A stretch of DNA of 64,000 bases, taken from positions 512,001-576,000 of the forward strand of contig CAVYSY010000033.1 of assembly GCA_963771175.1 (NCBI GenBank). The letters run 5' to 3'. Both the position numbers and the translations under genes were made by a program. The notes below the pieces were generated by a model. The model made no database searches. It was not told where the DNA came from and worked only from the letters and a program-made list of their open reading frames with translations. Below are positions 8,659 through 18,771 of this stretch, in pieces; position 1 is the stretch's first letter, and the number at the start of each line of letters is the position of its first letter. The DNA comes from an uncultured delta proteobacterium (GTDB taxonomy: Bacteria; Myxococcota; Myxococcia; Myxococcales; Myxococcaceae).

Positions 8659-9173
8659 TCGATGGCGGCACCGCGCGAGAGCGCGACGACGCCGGCCTTG
8701 GAGGCACTGTAGCCAGAGAGCCCAGGCAGGGCGCGCGAGGCGCCCACCGAGGCACAGTTGACGATGGAGCCCCCTCCGTTCGCGAGCATGGCGTTGAGCT
8801 GATGCTTCATGCACCAGAAGGTGCCGCGGAGGTTGGTGTTCATCAGCAGGTCGAACTCGTCATTGGTCATCTCGGCGAGCGGCTTCATGATGCCGGCACC
8901 GGCATTGTTGAAGGCGCCGTCGAGACGGCCATAGGTGGAGACCGCGGTCCGGACGAGCGCCTCGATGTCCCGCTCGACTCGCATGTCGGCGTTGACCCAC
9001 GTCACCTCTCCACCACGCTCCCGGATGTGGGCGACGAGCTCACGGCCCTTGGCTTCGCGTCGCGCGCTCGCGACCACCTTGGCGCCCTCGGCGGCGAGCG
9101 CGATGGCCGTGGCTCGGCCGATGCCCGAGCTCGCGCCCGTCACGAGGATTACCTTGTCAGTCAACATGCCCAT
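8379..9173 (-). CDS. Classical short-chain dehydrogenase/reductase (FabG-like)
   Basis: TGASSGIG, NNAG, YSASK, IRVNAVSPG motifs. Confidence 0.92.
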   Translation of the reverse strand: MGMLTDKVILVTGASSGIGRATAIALAAEGAKVVASARREAKGRELVAHIRERGGEVTWVNADMRVERDIEALVRTAVSTYGRLDGAFNNAGAGIMKPLAEMTNDEFDLLMNTNLRGTFWCMKHQLNAMLANGGGSIVNCASVGASRALPGLSGYSASKAGVVALSRGAAIDYAQKGIRVNAVSPGVVESEMATDGWRLDEPQGRAFAASLHPMNRVGLPEEVAELVVFLFSDKASFITGQDFAVDGGCTAAAGPSASLMGRTG

Positions 9174-9224
9174 CTCGCGTCCCCCAACACACAGTGTGAA
9201 CGGGCACCCGTCGCCGCTCAGGCC

Positions 9225-9240
9225 TGGCACCCGCGATGCC
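9225..9240 (+). promoter_or_regulatory. Putative sigma54 -24/-12 promoter for the thioesterase
   Basis: TGGCACCCGCGATGC gives GG-N10-GC with a TGGCAC -24 box, about 85 nt upstream of ATG 9326. Confidence 0.45.
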
Positions 9241-9325
9241 CGGCTATTGTAACCGAGTAACTGACGCCCCACCTCGGGTGCGCCCCGACCCGGGGGATTG
9301 ACGGGACCCGCCCGTCCTCCGCAGC

Positions 9326-10117
9326 ATGACGTCACCCCGCATGCTCGTTCCTCCCGTCTACCGCCGCTGGGTGACCTGTCCTGAGCCGCGCCCGCAGGCG
9401 AGCCTCCGCCTGTTCTGCTTCCACTTCGCGGGAGGAGATGCCTCGCTCTTCCGGCTGTGGACGAAGCAGCTCCCCTCCTCCATCGAGGTGTGTCCCATCG
9501 AGCTGCCGGGCCGGGCCAGCCGCCGCGCCGAGCCCCCCATCACCGCCTTTCCCGAGCTGCTCGAGAAGGTGGCGAGCATGGTGCGCCCCTTCCTCAAGGA
9601 GCGCCCCTCCGTCTTCTTCGGGCACAGCTTCGGCGGCATCACCGCCTTCGAGCTGACGCGCTGGCTGCGCCGCCAGGGTGGCCCCCTACCGCTGCGCCTC
9701 TTCCTCTCGGCCTGCCCGGCCCTGCACGTGCGGCCCCGGCCCGCTCCTCCCATCAGCCACCTGTCGGACGCGGAGTTCCTGGAGCAGATCGCCTCCCGGT
9801 ATGGCGCGCCCCGGGACGTGCTCGCCAGTGATGACGTCCGGGACACGGTGCTGCCCGCGTTGCGCGCGGACCTGCTCGTCGCCGAGAGCTACCGCTACGC
9901 CGAGGAGCCACCGCTGGACGTGCCCATCTCGTCCTTCGGCGCCTGGGAGGACCCGGAGGTCAGCCCCGGGGAGGCGGAGGCGTGGAGCCAGCAGACCACC
10001 ACCGACTTCCGCCTGCGCATGTTCCCGGGCAACCACTTCTTCCTCGCGGCCGAGCGGGCCCGGCTGCACCAGGCCATCCTCGAGGATCTCCAGGGGCAGG
10101 TCGGCGTCAGCGCCTGA
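9326..10117 (+). CDS. Type II thioesterase (GrsT/RifR-like)
   Basis: RLFCFHFAGG, ELPGR, GHSFG nucleophile elbow, FPGNHFF. Confidence 0.9.
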   Translation: MTSPRMLVPPVYRRWVTCPEPRPQASLRLFCFHFAGGDASLFRLWTKQLPSSIEVCPIELPGRASRRAEPPITAFPELLEKVASMVRPFLKERPSVFFGHSFGGITAFELTRWLRRQGGPLPLRLFLSACPALHVRPRPAPPISHLSDAEFLEQIASRYGAPRDVLASDDVRDTVLPALRADLLVAESYRYAEEPPLDVPISSFGAWEDPEVSPGEAEAWSQQTTTDFRLRMFPGNHFFLAAERARLHQAILEDLQGQVGVSA

Positions 10118-10226
10118 CGGGAGGCCCCGGCAATTTCCCCGGCGACCCGGGCGTTCCCGGTAGTCTTCCGCCCGCGCCGCCAGGCCTCCCCGCCCACCGG
10201 GCAGGCGGCCTCCGAGGACCCCGTAC

Positions 10227-11183
10227 GTGCTCACCCGCTACTCCGATTGGAAGAAGCCGACCGACGCGGCCTATGCATTCCAGCTCCGTGCGGTGGCTCC
10301 CGAGCGGGCGGACGGGTTCACCCCGGAGCTTCCCGCGCCTGGGACTCGGAGTGACATCCGGCAGGTCGCCCGAGAGGTCCTCGAGGACGGAGCGGCGGAC
10401 CGTTTCGAGCAGCGAATCCACCGCTGGTCCGGCCCGGAGGACGTGGTCGGCGAGGCGGGCGAGAAACCCTACGAGGGCCAGCAGCACACCTTCGCGGAGC
10501 ACGCGTGGCGGAACGCGCTCACGATGCGCGACCTCGACTCGGTGCTCCGGGGCGACGTCCTGGTGATGAGGGGCCGCGCCGGGCAGGCGGACTATGTGCT
10601 GCGCGACCACCACATGCTCGACGTGGCCCTCTACCACTACCGCACGACGGGGGAGCTGCCGCGCACCCTCTTCCACGCGGATCGCCACTCCGACTGGTGC
10701 AAGGACAGCTTCCTGGAGTCGCGCACGCCCCCGCAGGCGGCCACCTGGTGGAAGCTCTTCGAGGGGCTCAAGCGGCCGGAGGGCTCCGAGCCCGTGCTCA
10801 ACGAGCAGGACGTCTTCTTCACCACCGCCCAGGCCGAGCACCGGCCCTGGATGACCGGCCGGAACGTGGACGCCTCCCTCCGCGTCCCCTGGTTCGTGGA
10901 CACCGGCGAGCTGCACTGGCAGCAGGTGCTCGACCGGCCCGGCGCGACCGGGACGGATTGGGTCTCCTTGGACCTGGACTACTTCCAGCCCTCGCCGCAG
11001 CTCCGGCTGAGCGGTGGCCTCCTGCGGGATGCGCGCTTCCACGGGATGATGGCGGAGGCCCGGGTCCGGGTCTTCGTGCTCTCGCCCCAGTTCACCAATG
11101 GGGGAGACAAGATCGATCCCTGGGAGATCCAGGGCGGCCTCCACTCGACGCTCCGGCTGCTGAACCTGCTGCGCCGACCCTGA
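10227..11183 (+). CDS. Arginase/deacetylase-fold (UPF0489-like) hypothetical protein
   Basis: DHH, HADRHSD and SLDLDYF metal-binding-type motifs; GTG start. Confidence 0.55.
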   Translation: MLTRYSDWKKPTDAAYAFQLRAVAPERADGFTPELPAPGTRSDIRQVAREVLEDGAADRFEQRIHRWSGPEDVVGEAGEKPYEGQQHTFAEHAWRNALTMRDLDSVLRGDVLVMRGRAGQADYVLRDHHMLDVALYHYRTTGELPRTLFHADRHSDWCKDSFLESRTPPQAATWWKLFEGLKRPEGSEPVLNEQDVFFTTAQAEHRPWMTGRNVDASLRVPWFVDTGELHWQQVLDRPGATGTDWVSLDLDYFQPSPQLRLSGGLLRDARFHGMMAEARVRVFVLSPQFTNGGDKIDPWEIQGGLHSTLRLLNLLRRP

Positions 11184-11225
11184 AAGACGACGGGCGGCCC
11201 CTCCGTGAGGAAGGACCGCCCATCG
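11184..11225 (-). terminator. Intrinsic terminator for the M4 peptidase, between convergent genes
   Basis: 17-bp stem CGATGGGCGGTCCTTCC / GGAGGGGCCGCCCGTCG. Its three mismatches are G-U pairs on the minus strand, and TCTTT follows. Confidence 0.65.
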
Positions 11226-11249
11226 TTCAACCCCTACAGCCCAGCCGGG

Positions 11250-13463
11250 TTACGGCTTGGTGTAGTTGAGGGTCAGGGTGTAGGAGCCCGCGGAGGCGCC
11301 GCGCACCATGACGTAGGCGTTGCTCTGACCGGCCGGCACCGTGAGGGTGCACGTCTCGGAGGCGCCGGACGCGTTCGAGCGGCAGTCGTAGGCGCTGGTG
11401 GTGGGCGCCGAGCCGAAGCGCACGTACAGGTCGGGGTTGCCCGAGCCCGTCATGGTCACCGTGAAGGAGGTGCCGGCCACCACGCTGTACGGGCCGTAGT
11501 TGTCGAGCTCGCGCTTGGCCACGGTGCCGCTGACCGTCTCGGTCACCGGCGTGCCGGTGCCGCCGCCCGAGCCGCTGTAGCTGCCCTTGAGGGTGACGCC
11601 CGAGTACGCCGAGTAGGCGTTGAGCATCACGTACCAGGTGCCCGCGGCCGGGTTGGTGAAGGAGCAGAGCTCCGCGTTGCCGCTCTTGTACGGACGGCAG
11701 TCGTAGGTGCTGGAGCTCGGGACGGCGCCGTAGCGCACGTACAGGTCCGCGTCACCCGTGCCGCCGCTGATCTCGAAGGCCACGCTCGGCTGACCGGCGG
11801 GCACCTCGAGCGAGTAGTACTTCTTGTTGCCGGAGCTGCCGGAGAGGCTGCTCACCGGCACGCCGTTGGTCAGCGGGTCGACCACCGGAGGCGGAGGAGG
11901 CACGCCCACGGCCTTCCAGGCCTCGTTGACGGCGCTCGCCTCGGCCGAGCCCGCACCGTAGAGGGCCTCGGCGGCCTGCACGGTGTACGTCTTGGCCTGC
12001 TCGAAGGTGGTGCCGGAGGTGAAGAGGTCCGTGTTGGCCTTGTAGAAGATGCGGCCGGCCTTCTCCGGGCCAATCGCCGCCACGGCGTTGCTCGTCTTGC
12101 CACGCGGGTGCGTGCCGCCCTTGGAGAGCATCGAGAACACCAGGTTGCTGATGCCCGAGCTGTAGTGCACGTCCACGCCCGAGGAGTAGTCGCCGTAGAA
12201 GTCGAGCGAGCTGCCGTCCTTGGCCGGGTCGTCCATGTAGCGGAGCGCGTCACCCGCGGTGGCCGGCGTCCAGATGTCCTCGCCAATCTTGAAGACGTCC
12301 GCGTCCACCGCCCAGCTGCGCGTCCAGCTCTCGCACACGCCGGCGAAGATGTCGGACATGGACTCGTTGAGGCCGCCGGACTCACCCGAGTACACGAGGT
12401 TCGACTCGGTGTCCGTCACGGCGTGGGTCAGCTCGTGGACGGTCACGTCCAGGTCCTTGCCCAGCTCGATGGAGTCCGTGCCGTTGCCGTCGCCGTACAC
12501 CATCTGGGTGCCGTCCCAGTAGGCGTTGACGTAGTTGGTGCTGTAGTGGACCGTGCTGGTGAGCGTGGCGCCCGCGTTGTCGTACGAGTCGCGACCGAAG
12601 AGCACGCTGTAGCACTCGTAGGTCTTCCCCAGCATGTCGTAGTTGATGTCGACGTGGGCATCGCCGATGGCGGCCTGGCCCTCGCTGCGCTTGAGGGTGC
12701 CCGGGGTGCTGGTGCCGTTGTTGGCCGAGTACACCTTGCGGTTCATCGCGGTGTGGATGAGCGGGTTCACCAGCAGGGTGCCGCCGCGCTCCGCGTCCAC
12801 GTAGACGAGGTCATCGGCGGGCATGCCGTCGCGCTCGCCCTTCACGCGAACCTCGTAGGCCAGCCGAGGCTCCTGGCTGCCCTCGGAGCGCAGGTAGAGC
12901 AGCTTCGCCCCGCCCTCGGCGAAGGCACCGCGCGCGGAGGAGCCGTCCACGGCCGCCTTCAGCGCGGCCTCGGGGGCGACCTTCGCCCGCGCGGGCGCCA
13001 GCGAGCCATCACGGGCCGAGCCGTTGGCGCCGTAGACATTGCCCGCCGCGTCCACGTGCACGACGAGCTCGCCGCCCACCACCGGGAGGCCGTTCTTCGT
13101 CTGCTGGAAGCGCAGGTGCCGGTGGCCCTGCTCGTCCACCGTGGTGCGCTGGAACACCAGGTCGTTCCCGCTCACCCGGAACACCGGGCCCACGAGGCTC
13201 AGCGCCTCACGCACATCCAGGTCCGCCGAGCGCGCCAGCGTGCCCTGTACCTGGGCCGCCCGACCGAACTGACCCCGGACGGAGTAGGGAACGCCCTCGT
13301 CGCTGCCCAGCACCTGGGCACCCTTGATGCGAGCCAGAGCAGAGCGGATGTCCGCGTCATCGCCCGCGCTCACGGGCGCCTCGCCCTCCTGCATCGAACC
13401 GCACGCGGCCAGGCTCGCACCGAGCCACGCCACACAAAACGTCTTCAAGAACCGGTTGCTCAC
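11250..13463 (-). CDS. M4 (thermolysin-family) metalloprotease lipoprotein with FTP/PepSY propeptide and two PPC domains
   Basis: LAAC lipobox, NAYWDG, HELTH, GGLNES-x-SD, VHYSSG; two GDADLYV/GNPDLYV repeats. GTG start with GGAGAGG upstream. Confidence 0.93.
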   Translation of the reverse strand: MSNRFLKTFCVAWLGASLAACGSMQEGEAPVSAGDDADIRSALARIKGAQVLGSDEGVPYSVRGQFGRAAQVQGTLARSADLDVREALSLVGPVFRVSGNDLVFQRTTVDEQGHRHLRFQQTKNGLPVVGGELVVHVDAAGNVYGANGSARDGSLAPARAKVAPEAALKAAVDGSSARGAFAEGGAKLLYLRSEGSQEPRLAYEVRVKGERDGMPADDLVYVDAERGGTLLVNPLIHTAMNRKVYSANNGTSTPGTLKRSEGQAAIGDAHVDINYDMLGKTYECYSVLFGRDSYDNAGATLTSTVHYSTNYVNAYWDGTQMVYGDGNGTDSIELGKDLDVTVHELTHAVTDTESNLVYSGESGGLNESMSDIFAGVCESWTRSWAVDADVFKIGEDIWTPATAGDALRYMDDPAKDGSSLDFYGDYSSGVDVHYSSGISNLVFSMLSKGGTHPRGKTSNAVAAIGPEKAGRIFYKANTDLFTSGTTFEQAKTYTVQAAEALYGAGSAEASAVNEAWKAVGVPPPPPVVDPLTNGVPVSSLSGSSGNKKYYSLEVPAGQPSVAFEISGGTGDADLYVRYGAVPSSSTYDCRPYKSGNAELCSFTNPAAGTWYVMLNAYSAYSGVTLKGSYSGSGGGTGTPVTETVSGTVAKRELDNYGPYSVVAGTSFTVTMTGSGNPDLYVRFGSAPTTSAYDCRSNASGASETCTLTVPAGQSNAYVMVRGASAGSYTLTLNYTKP

Positions 13464-13767
13464 TCGCACCTCTCCGAAGAAGGTGCCTCTTTCTTGACAT
13501 GCATGTTGCTTGGGTTTCAAGGCGAGGTGCTGATTTTCCCGATTTTTTCCGATGACTATTTGTAAACGTCGAAGAGAAACCAACTGGCTCCTCTGTAAAT
13601 GCTGTCAGGGTGATGGGTTTTTCTCTGGCCGCGAGAAAAACCAGTTCCCGGCGGGCCTCGAATGCCCACCATGAACGCCGCCTGGAACGGCGCGATGAAC
13701 CGGGGGAGGCGGGCCGCTATCCTGCGCTCCCCTCCCCTCGCGGCCCCAGGAACCCGAAGAGCCCTCC

Positions 13768-15057
13768 ATGAAGCTCACGAAGCTCCGCATCCACAAGTAC
13801 CGGGACGTCGCGCCTGACACCGAACTCGTGTTCAGCCCGTCCCTCAACCTGGTGCTCGGCGAGAACGGCACGGGCAGGACGATGCTGCTGGACCTGCTCG
13901 CCCTCGTCCTCTCCGCGGACTTCTCCGGGCTGCTCCGCGAGGAGTTCTCCCTGGAGTACGGCCTCGCCTTCCCCGGAGTGGACCTCCACATCTCCGTCCG
14001 GAACGAGACGCACACCCCCTCACGGCCGCGACTCTCCCCTCACGACAAGCTGGAGCTCCTGCCACTCCGCACCCCGGAGCCCGTGCCGGAGTTCGACCCT
14101 TTCATGGAACTGGTCCTCCAGCTCCACGAGCCCGCCTCCCGGCTGGTGATGCGCGCCGATGCCTCGGGCATCACCTGGGAGGTGGATGGCCAGTCCGCCT
14201 ACACCCAGTCCATGCGGTGGTCCCTGTTGGATCGCACCGTGTGGGTGGTGCTCTTCATGACGGCCCAGTCCCTCGAAGCCAAGGTCAAGGACCGGCTCAA
14301 GGAGCTGCTCCGCCGCACCTTCCTGCTCGCGCCCTCGCGCTTCGACGAGGTGCTCGGGTCGTTCGAGCGGATTGGCAGGATTGAATACGGCATGGAGATG
14401 CGGGGTGAGGAGGTGTTCCCCCTCGGGCTGATGGGGCTGCCCACGTGGATGCCGGGGCTGCTCCGGGAGCGGGTGGCCCGAGGGCCCCTGGCCGCTGCCA
14501 TCGACATCCTCCCCGAAGAAGTCGAACACGGCTTCCTCGCGAGGTTCATCGCCCTGGCCGGCTTCGCCACGGGGCGGTTCCGGGTGGAGCTGCTGGGCAA
14601 GCGCAGCTTCGAGGGGGGTGGGCGTCTGGAGTTCGGGCGCTTCGGCTTCAGCTTCACCCGACGGGATGGCTCGCTGGTGTCGCACGAGCACCTCAGCCAC
14701 GGGCAGAAGCGACTGCTGTCCTTCCTGTACTACCTGGACGTCAACGAGGACTTCGTCATCGCGGACGAGCTGGCCTCGGGCCTGCACCCGCGCTGGGTCG
14801 AGGCGTGTGTGCGAGAGCTCGACGATCGCCAGGCCTTCGTCACCAGTCAGAACCCTGTCCTGTTCGAGCACCTCCCGCTCGGATCCGCCGAGGACGTCCG
14901 CACCTCCCTCATCCACTGCGAGCTCGGCCCGCGGGAAGGCCGCGAGCAGCGGGTCTGGTGCAACCCCTCGGAAGAGACGGCCGCGAAGCTCTTCCGCGCG
15001 TACCGCGAGGGGAACACGCCGCTCGCGACCCTGCTGCGGACCCACGGCCTGTGGTGA
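13768..15057 (+). CDS. ABC/SMC-type AAA ATPase-like protein
   Basis: MKLTKLRIHKYR N-terminus, Walker A GENGTGRT, signature LSHGQKR, Walker B VIADE. Confidence 0.75.
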   Translation: MKLTKLRIHKYRDVAPDTELVFSPSLNLVLGENGTGRTMLLDLLALVLSADFSGLLREEFSLEYGLAFPGVDLHISVRNETHTPSRPRLSPHDKLELLPLRTPEPVPEFDPFMELVLQLHEPASRLVMRADASGITWEVDGQSAYTQSMRWSLLDRTVWVVLFMTAQSLEAKVKDRLKELLRRTFLLAPSRFDEVLGSFERIGRIEYGMEMRGEEVFPLGLMGLPTWMPGLLRERVARGPLAAAIDILPEEVEHGFLARFIALAGFATGRFRVELLGKRSFEGGGRLEFGRFGFSFTRRDGSLVSHEHLSHGQKRLLSFLYYLDVNEDFVIADELASGLHPRWVEACVRELDDRQAFVTSQNPVLFEHLPLGSAEDVRTSLIHCELGPREGREQRVWCNPSEETAAKLFRAYREGNTPLATLLRTHGLW

Positions 15058-15070
15058 GCGCCGGCGGCGT

Positions 15071-15949
15071 TCAGCCCTGGGCCTGCCGCTCCCGCTCCAG
15101 CTCGGCCCGGAAGAAGGCCCTGCCCTCGGCGAGCTTCTCCATGTAGGGCCGCACGTCCTCGCGGGACTCGGGAGACAGCAGCGCGAAGGGCGTCACGTGC
15201 TCGTCCGGCACGTAGCGGAACGTGAGGTTGATTCGCCGGGTCCTGAAGTCCGGCAGCTCGGGCGGCAGCAGGTGGCCGCCTCGGGTGTCCACCCGCTGCA
15301 CCCGGTGGAAGGTCTGATCCTTCCAGCGCGCACCACCGAAGAGCTGCAACGCGCCATCGTCGAGCCACTGCTCGAGCACCACCTCGTCGCGCTCACCCGG
15401 GCGAGAGGAGGTGACGAACTGGATGAGCGCGCGCTCGCCAAGGGAGAGCGAGGCCACCGGTCCCGGCTCGAAGTCCTTGTGCTCACCCACCCGCGCGGTG
15501 TCCACCCAGCGCCCGTCCTCCAGGCGGCTGCCGTAGAAGTTCACCAGGCAGGTGTTGAGGTGCCAGCCGGCGGGCATGTCCGGGCCGCGGAACATCCGGC
15601 GCGAGAGCTGCTCCATCTTGTCCACCTGACGCTGGAGCACCGCCGGGAAGGGCTCGGCCTTCACGCAGCGGTTCTTCACGCCCTTCGGCGGCCGGTAGTA
15701 GTCGAGGCACGCGAACTGCCAGTTGCCCAGCCAGTACACCGGGCGCAGCAGTCGCCGCTGGGGCTGTCCTGGGGGCGGCGGGAAGTGCTTGGAATAGCGC
15801 TCCTCCCACAGCGGATGCAGGGTGCCGAGCCAGGAGAGGATCTCCGCGCGGTCCGTCGCCGAGAGGAAGCTCGCGTTGTAATGGTGGCCCGGCGTGCGCT
15901 GGCGTGCCTTGTGAGACAGCGAGCGGCCGAAGCGGGGCGGGTAGGCCAT
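15071..15949 (-). CDS. AlkB-like 2OG-Fe(II) dioxygenase
   Basis: CLVNFY, HKD, ASLSLG, FHRV and RINLTFR motifs. Confidence 0.85.
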   Translation of the reverse strand: MAYPPRFGRSLSHKARQRTPGHHYNASFLSATDRAEILSWLGTLHPLWEERYSKHFPPPPGQPQRRLLRPVYWLGNWQFACLDYYRPPKGVKNRCVKAEPFPAVLQRQVDKMEQLSRRMFRGPDMPAGWHLNTCLVNFYGSRLEDGRWVDTARVGEHKDFEPGPVASLSLGERALIQFVTSSRPGERDEVVLEQWLDDGALQLFGGARWKDQTFHRVQRVDTRGGHLLPPELPDFRTRRINLTFRYVPDEHVTPFALLSPESREDVRPYMEKLAEGRAFFRAELERERQAQG

Positions 15950-16153
15950 GGGTTCTCCTTGCACTACCACAGCGCCCCGTGCATGGGGACTCGCTCCGAC
16001 GCTTCCCCTCCACCCGGGCGCGAGGCGCTTTGTAGGAATTCCGGACGTTTATGCCGCGCTGCCTCCCCTGGGGGGCGGGGGGGCAGGTCAACTCCGGCCG
16101 TTCTGCGCAATAATCGGGAGGTGCTCCGCAGAAAAGAAACAAAAGGAGGTCCT

Positions 16154-16972
16154 GTGGGCGAAAACTCGAACCTTGCCGTGGGTTTCCGCAACGTCGACCG
16201 GACCGAGGCGCCTGACAACGCGGTTCGCTTCCTGGATGCGCTCAACACCACGCACGAAGTGATGGAGATGCAGCGGCTCAGCAACGCCCTGCTGGAGGTA
16301 GGTGAAGGCTCGCGAATCCTGGACGCCGGCTGTGGCCTGGGTGAGCCCACCCGGGCTCTCGCTGCAATCGTGGGGCGGAGCGGACGGGTGGTGGGCGTCG
16401 ACCTGAGCGAGAGCATCCTGGCCGAGGCCTATCGGCGGACGGAGGGGACAGGGCTGTCCGTGGAGTACCTGGTGAGCGACATCCACCGGATGGACTTCCC
16501 CGACGAGAGCTTCGACGCGTGCCGCTCCTCCCGCGTCTTCATCTATCTGGACGATCCCCGCAAGGCGCTGAGTGAGCTGCTTCGAATCATCCGGCCGGGC
16601 GGCAGGGTGGTCATCTTCGAGCCCGAGCTGGACAGCTGGGTCCTGGACGGGCCGGATCGGAGCGTGGTCCGCAAGGTGGTCCACTTCTGGGCCGATCAAC
16701 TCCGCAACCCCTGGATCGGCCGGCAACTGCCGAGCCTTTTCCACTCCCTGGGCGCCCACAAGGTGACGTATCACCCGGTGGTGGGCACGTGGACCCTGGG
16801 CATGCTGGAGGTGTTCGGCGTGCACTCCGTACTGGACAAGGCCGTACTGGAGGGCGTGGTGACCCGGACGCAGGTGGACGACTGGCTCCGCTTCCTGGAG
16901 GCGTCCGAGCGTAACGGCACCTTCACCGGCACCATGACGGGAATGATCGTCCGCGGGTTCAAAGCAGCGTGA
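16154..16972 (+). CDS. Class I SAM-dependent methyltransferase (UbiE-like)
   Basis: ILDAGCGLG, VVGVDLS, FPDESFD, RPGG; GTG start after AGGAGG. Confidence 0.88.
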   Translation: MGENSNLAVGFRNVDRTEAPDNAVRFLDALNTTHEVMEMQRLSNALLEVGEGSRILDAGCGLGEPTRALAAIVGRSGRVVGVDLSESILAEAYRRTEGTGLSVEYLVSDIHRMDFPDESFDACRSSRVFIYLDDPRKALSELLRIIRPGGRVVIFEPELDSWVLDGPDRSVVRKVVHFWADQLRNPWIGRQLPSLFHSLGAHKVTYHPVVGTWTLGMLEVFGVHSVLDKAVLEGVVTRTQVDDWLRFLEASERNGTFTGTMTGMIVRGFKAA

Positions 16973-17021
16973 CGGTACAGTTCCGCCGCACCTATAACTC
17001 GTAGCACCTTGCTCATTTAAA

Positions 17022-17909
17022 ATGACCTCAATGGTGATGAATCACGCGGAAGACAGCATCGAGAGCGCGGGTGGGATGAAGCTGTACGCCCAGCGCTGGC
17101 GCCCGCAGGGGGAGCCCCGCACGGTGGTGGCCATCGTCCACGGCATCGGTGAGCACAGCGGACGGTTCAAGAAGATCGTCGAGCACCTCGTTCCCCGAGG
17201 CCATGCGGTGTACTCCGTGGATCTCCGGGGGCACGGGCGCTCCCCGGGCCAGCGCGGTCACCTGATGTCGTGGTCGGAGTACCGAGAGGACGTGAAGGCG
17301 CTGCTCGGATGGATTCGCGCGCAGGAGCCCGGCCGTCCCGTCTTCATCTACGGGCACAGCATGGGTGGGCTCATCGTGCTGGACTACATCCTGCGCCACC
17401 CGGAAGGGCTGAACGGCGCGGTCGTCAGCGGCGTCGCCCTGGATTCGGCCGTGGCGGGCCCGGCACTGATCGCCGCCGCGATCCTCTTCCCGCGCATCTG
17501 GCCGACCTTCCGCACCAAGGTGAACCTGAAGCCCGAGGCCCTGAGCCGGGATCCGGCGGTGGTCGCCGACTACCTGGCGGATCCGCTGACCCATCGCGAG
17601 TGCTCGGCCCGCTGGGCCGCCGAGGCCATCGCCGCCGGCCAGTTCGTGCGAGCCCATGCCTCGGAGCTGCGCGTGCCCCTGCTGATGCTCCACGGCGAGG
17701 CGGACAGCATCAACTACGCCAGCGGGACCCGTACGTTCTTCGATGCGGTGAGCTTGCCCGACAAGAAGATGCACCTCGTCCCGGGTGGCTACCATGAGCC
17801 GCACAGCGACCCCGGCTACGAGCAGGTGCTCCAGCTCGTGGAAGAGCACCTGCTCTCGCATGTGCCCGCGAACTCGCAGCCGAGGAACGTGAGCTCCGGC
17901 ACCGCCTGA
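17022..17909 (+). CDS. Lysophospholipase / monoacylglycerol lipase (alpha/beta hydrolase)
   Basis: HGIGEHSGR, DLRGHGRS, GHSMGG, HGEAD, YHE. Confidence 0.9.
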   Translation: MTSMVMNHAEDSIESAGGMKLYAQRWRPQGEPRTVVAIVHGIGEHSGRFKKIVEHLVPRGHAVYSVDLRGHGRSPGQRGHLMSWSEYREDVKALLGWIRAQEPGRPVFIYGHSMGGLIVLDYILRHPEGLNGAVVSGVALDSAVAGPALIAAAILFPRIWPTFRTKVNLKPEALSRDPAVVADYLADPLTHRECSARWAAEAIAAGQFVRAHASELRVPLLMLHGEADSINYASGTRTFFDAVSLPDKKMHLVPGGYHEPHSDPGYEQVLQLVEEHLLSHVPANSQPRNVSSGTA

Positions 17910-17929
17910 GCCGCTCTGGAGAAAAAAGA

Positions 17930-18568
17930 ATGTTCAAGAAGGTTGTTCTCGCGCTCGCCGTCGCCCTCGTGGGCTTCGGCGCGGTGGTGGCATCACGGCC
18001 GTCCACCTTCCACGTCGAGCGCTCCATCACCGTGGCCGCCCCCGTCGAGCTCCCCTTCGGGCTGGTGAACGATTTCCACAAGTGGCGCTTCTGGTCGCCG
18101 TGGGAAGCGCTCGACCCGAAGATGAAGAGGACCTTCGACGGGCCCTTCGCAGGGCCCGGCGCCATCTACGCCTGGGCCGGCAACAAGGACGTCGGCAAGG
18201 GGCAGATGACCATCCTGGAGTCACAGCCCTACGAGAGCATCCGCATCCTGCTCGAGTTCACCGAGCCCTGGCCCGCCACGAGCAACACCACCGTCACCTT
18301 CCAGCCCGTCCCCGAGGGCATCCGGGTGACGTGGGCCATGGAGGGGAAGAACGATTTCATAGGCAAGGCCTTCTCCCTGTTCATGGACATGGACGCGATG
18401 ATCGGAAAGGACCTCGAGAAGGGCCTCGCCACCATCCAGTCGCTGACCGAGAACGAGGCGAAGAACCGGCGCGAGCGGGAGGCCCTGCTCAAGGCCAGGG
18501 CCGAGGAGGCCGCGCGGGCTGCCCAGGCTCCCGCTCCGGCGCCCCAGGCGACCCCGACCACGCCGTGA
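17930..18568 (+). CDS. SRPBCC / polyketide cyclase-like protein with N-terminal anchor
   Basis: FHVERSITV, WSPW, VGKGQMTI, MIGKDLEKGL. Confidence 0.85.
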   Translation: MFKKVVLALAVALVGFGAVVASRPSTFHVERSITVAAPVELPFGLVNDFHKWRFWSPWEALDPKMKRTFDGPFAGPGAIYAWAGNKDVGKGQMTILESQPYESIRILLEFTEPWPATSNTTVTFQPVPEGIRVTWAMEGKNDFIGKAFSLFMDMDAMIGKDLEKGLATIQSLTENEAKNRREREALLKARAEEAARAAQAPAPAPQATPTTP

Positions 18569-18595
18569 GCCAGGCCCGGGGCTTCCCGGCGAGCA

Positions 18596-18619
18596 GGGCC
18601 CTCCTGAGAGGGAGGGCCC
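18596..18619. terminator. GC hairpin downstream of the SRPBCC gene
   Basis: GGGCCCTCC-N6-GGAGGGCCC perfect 9-bp stem; no U tract. Confidence 0.35.
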
Positions 18620-18771
18620 CGTGGCATGCCTCGCCGCCCACCCTCCATGCGCCCTACTGAGCCGAGGGCGACCTGACGACCGCCACTCGGGCGCGATGCG
18701 CACGATGAGGGAAAGGACACGTGCCGCCGCCCGGAGCCTGGGGCGTGGGCACCCCAGGATGGAGCGAGGCC

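Noticed and set aside
14618..16972. 784-aa ORF suggesting a large methyltransferase fusion
   Set aside because: Only the part from GTG 16154 (with AGGAGG) has motifs. The rest overlaps the ATPase and AlkB genes.
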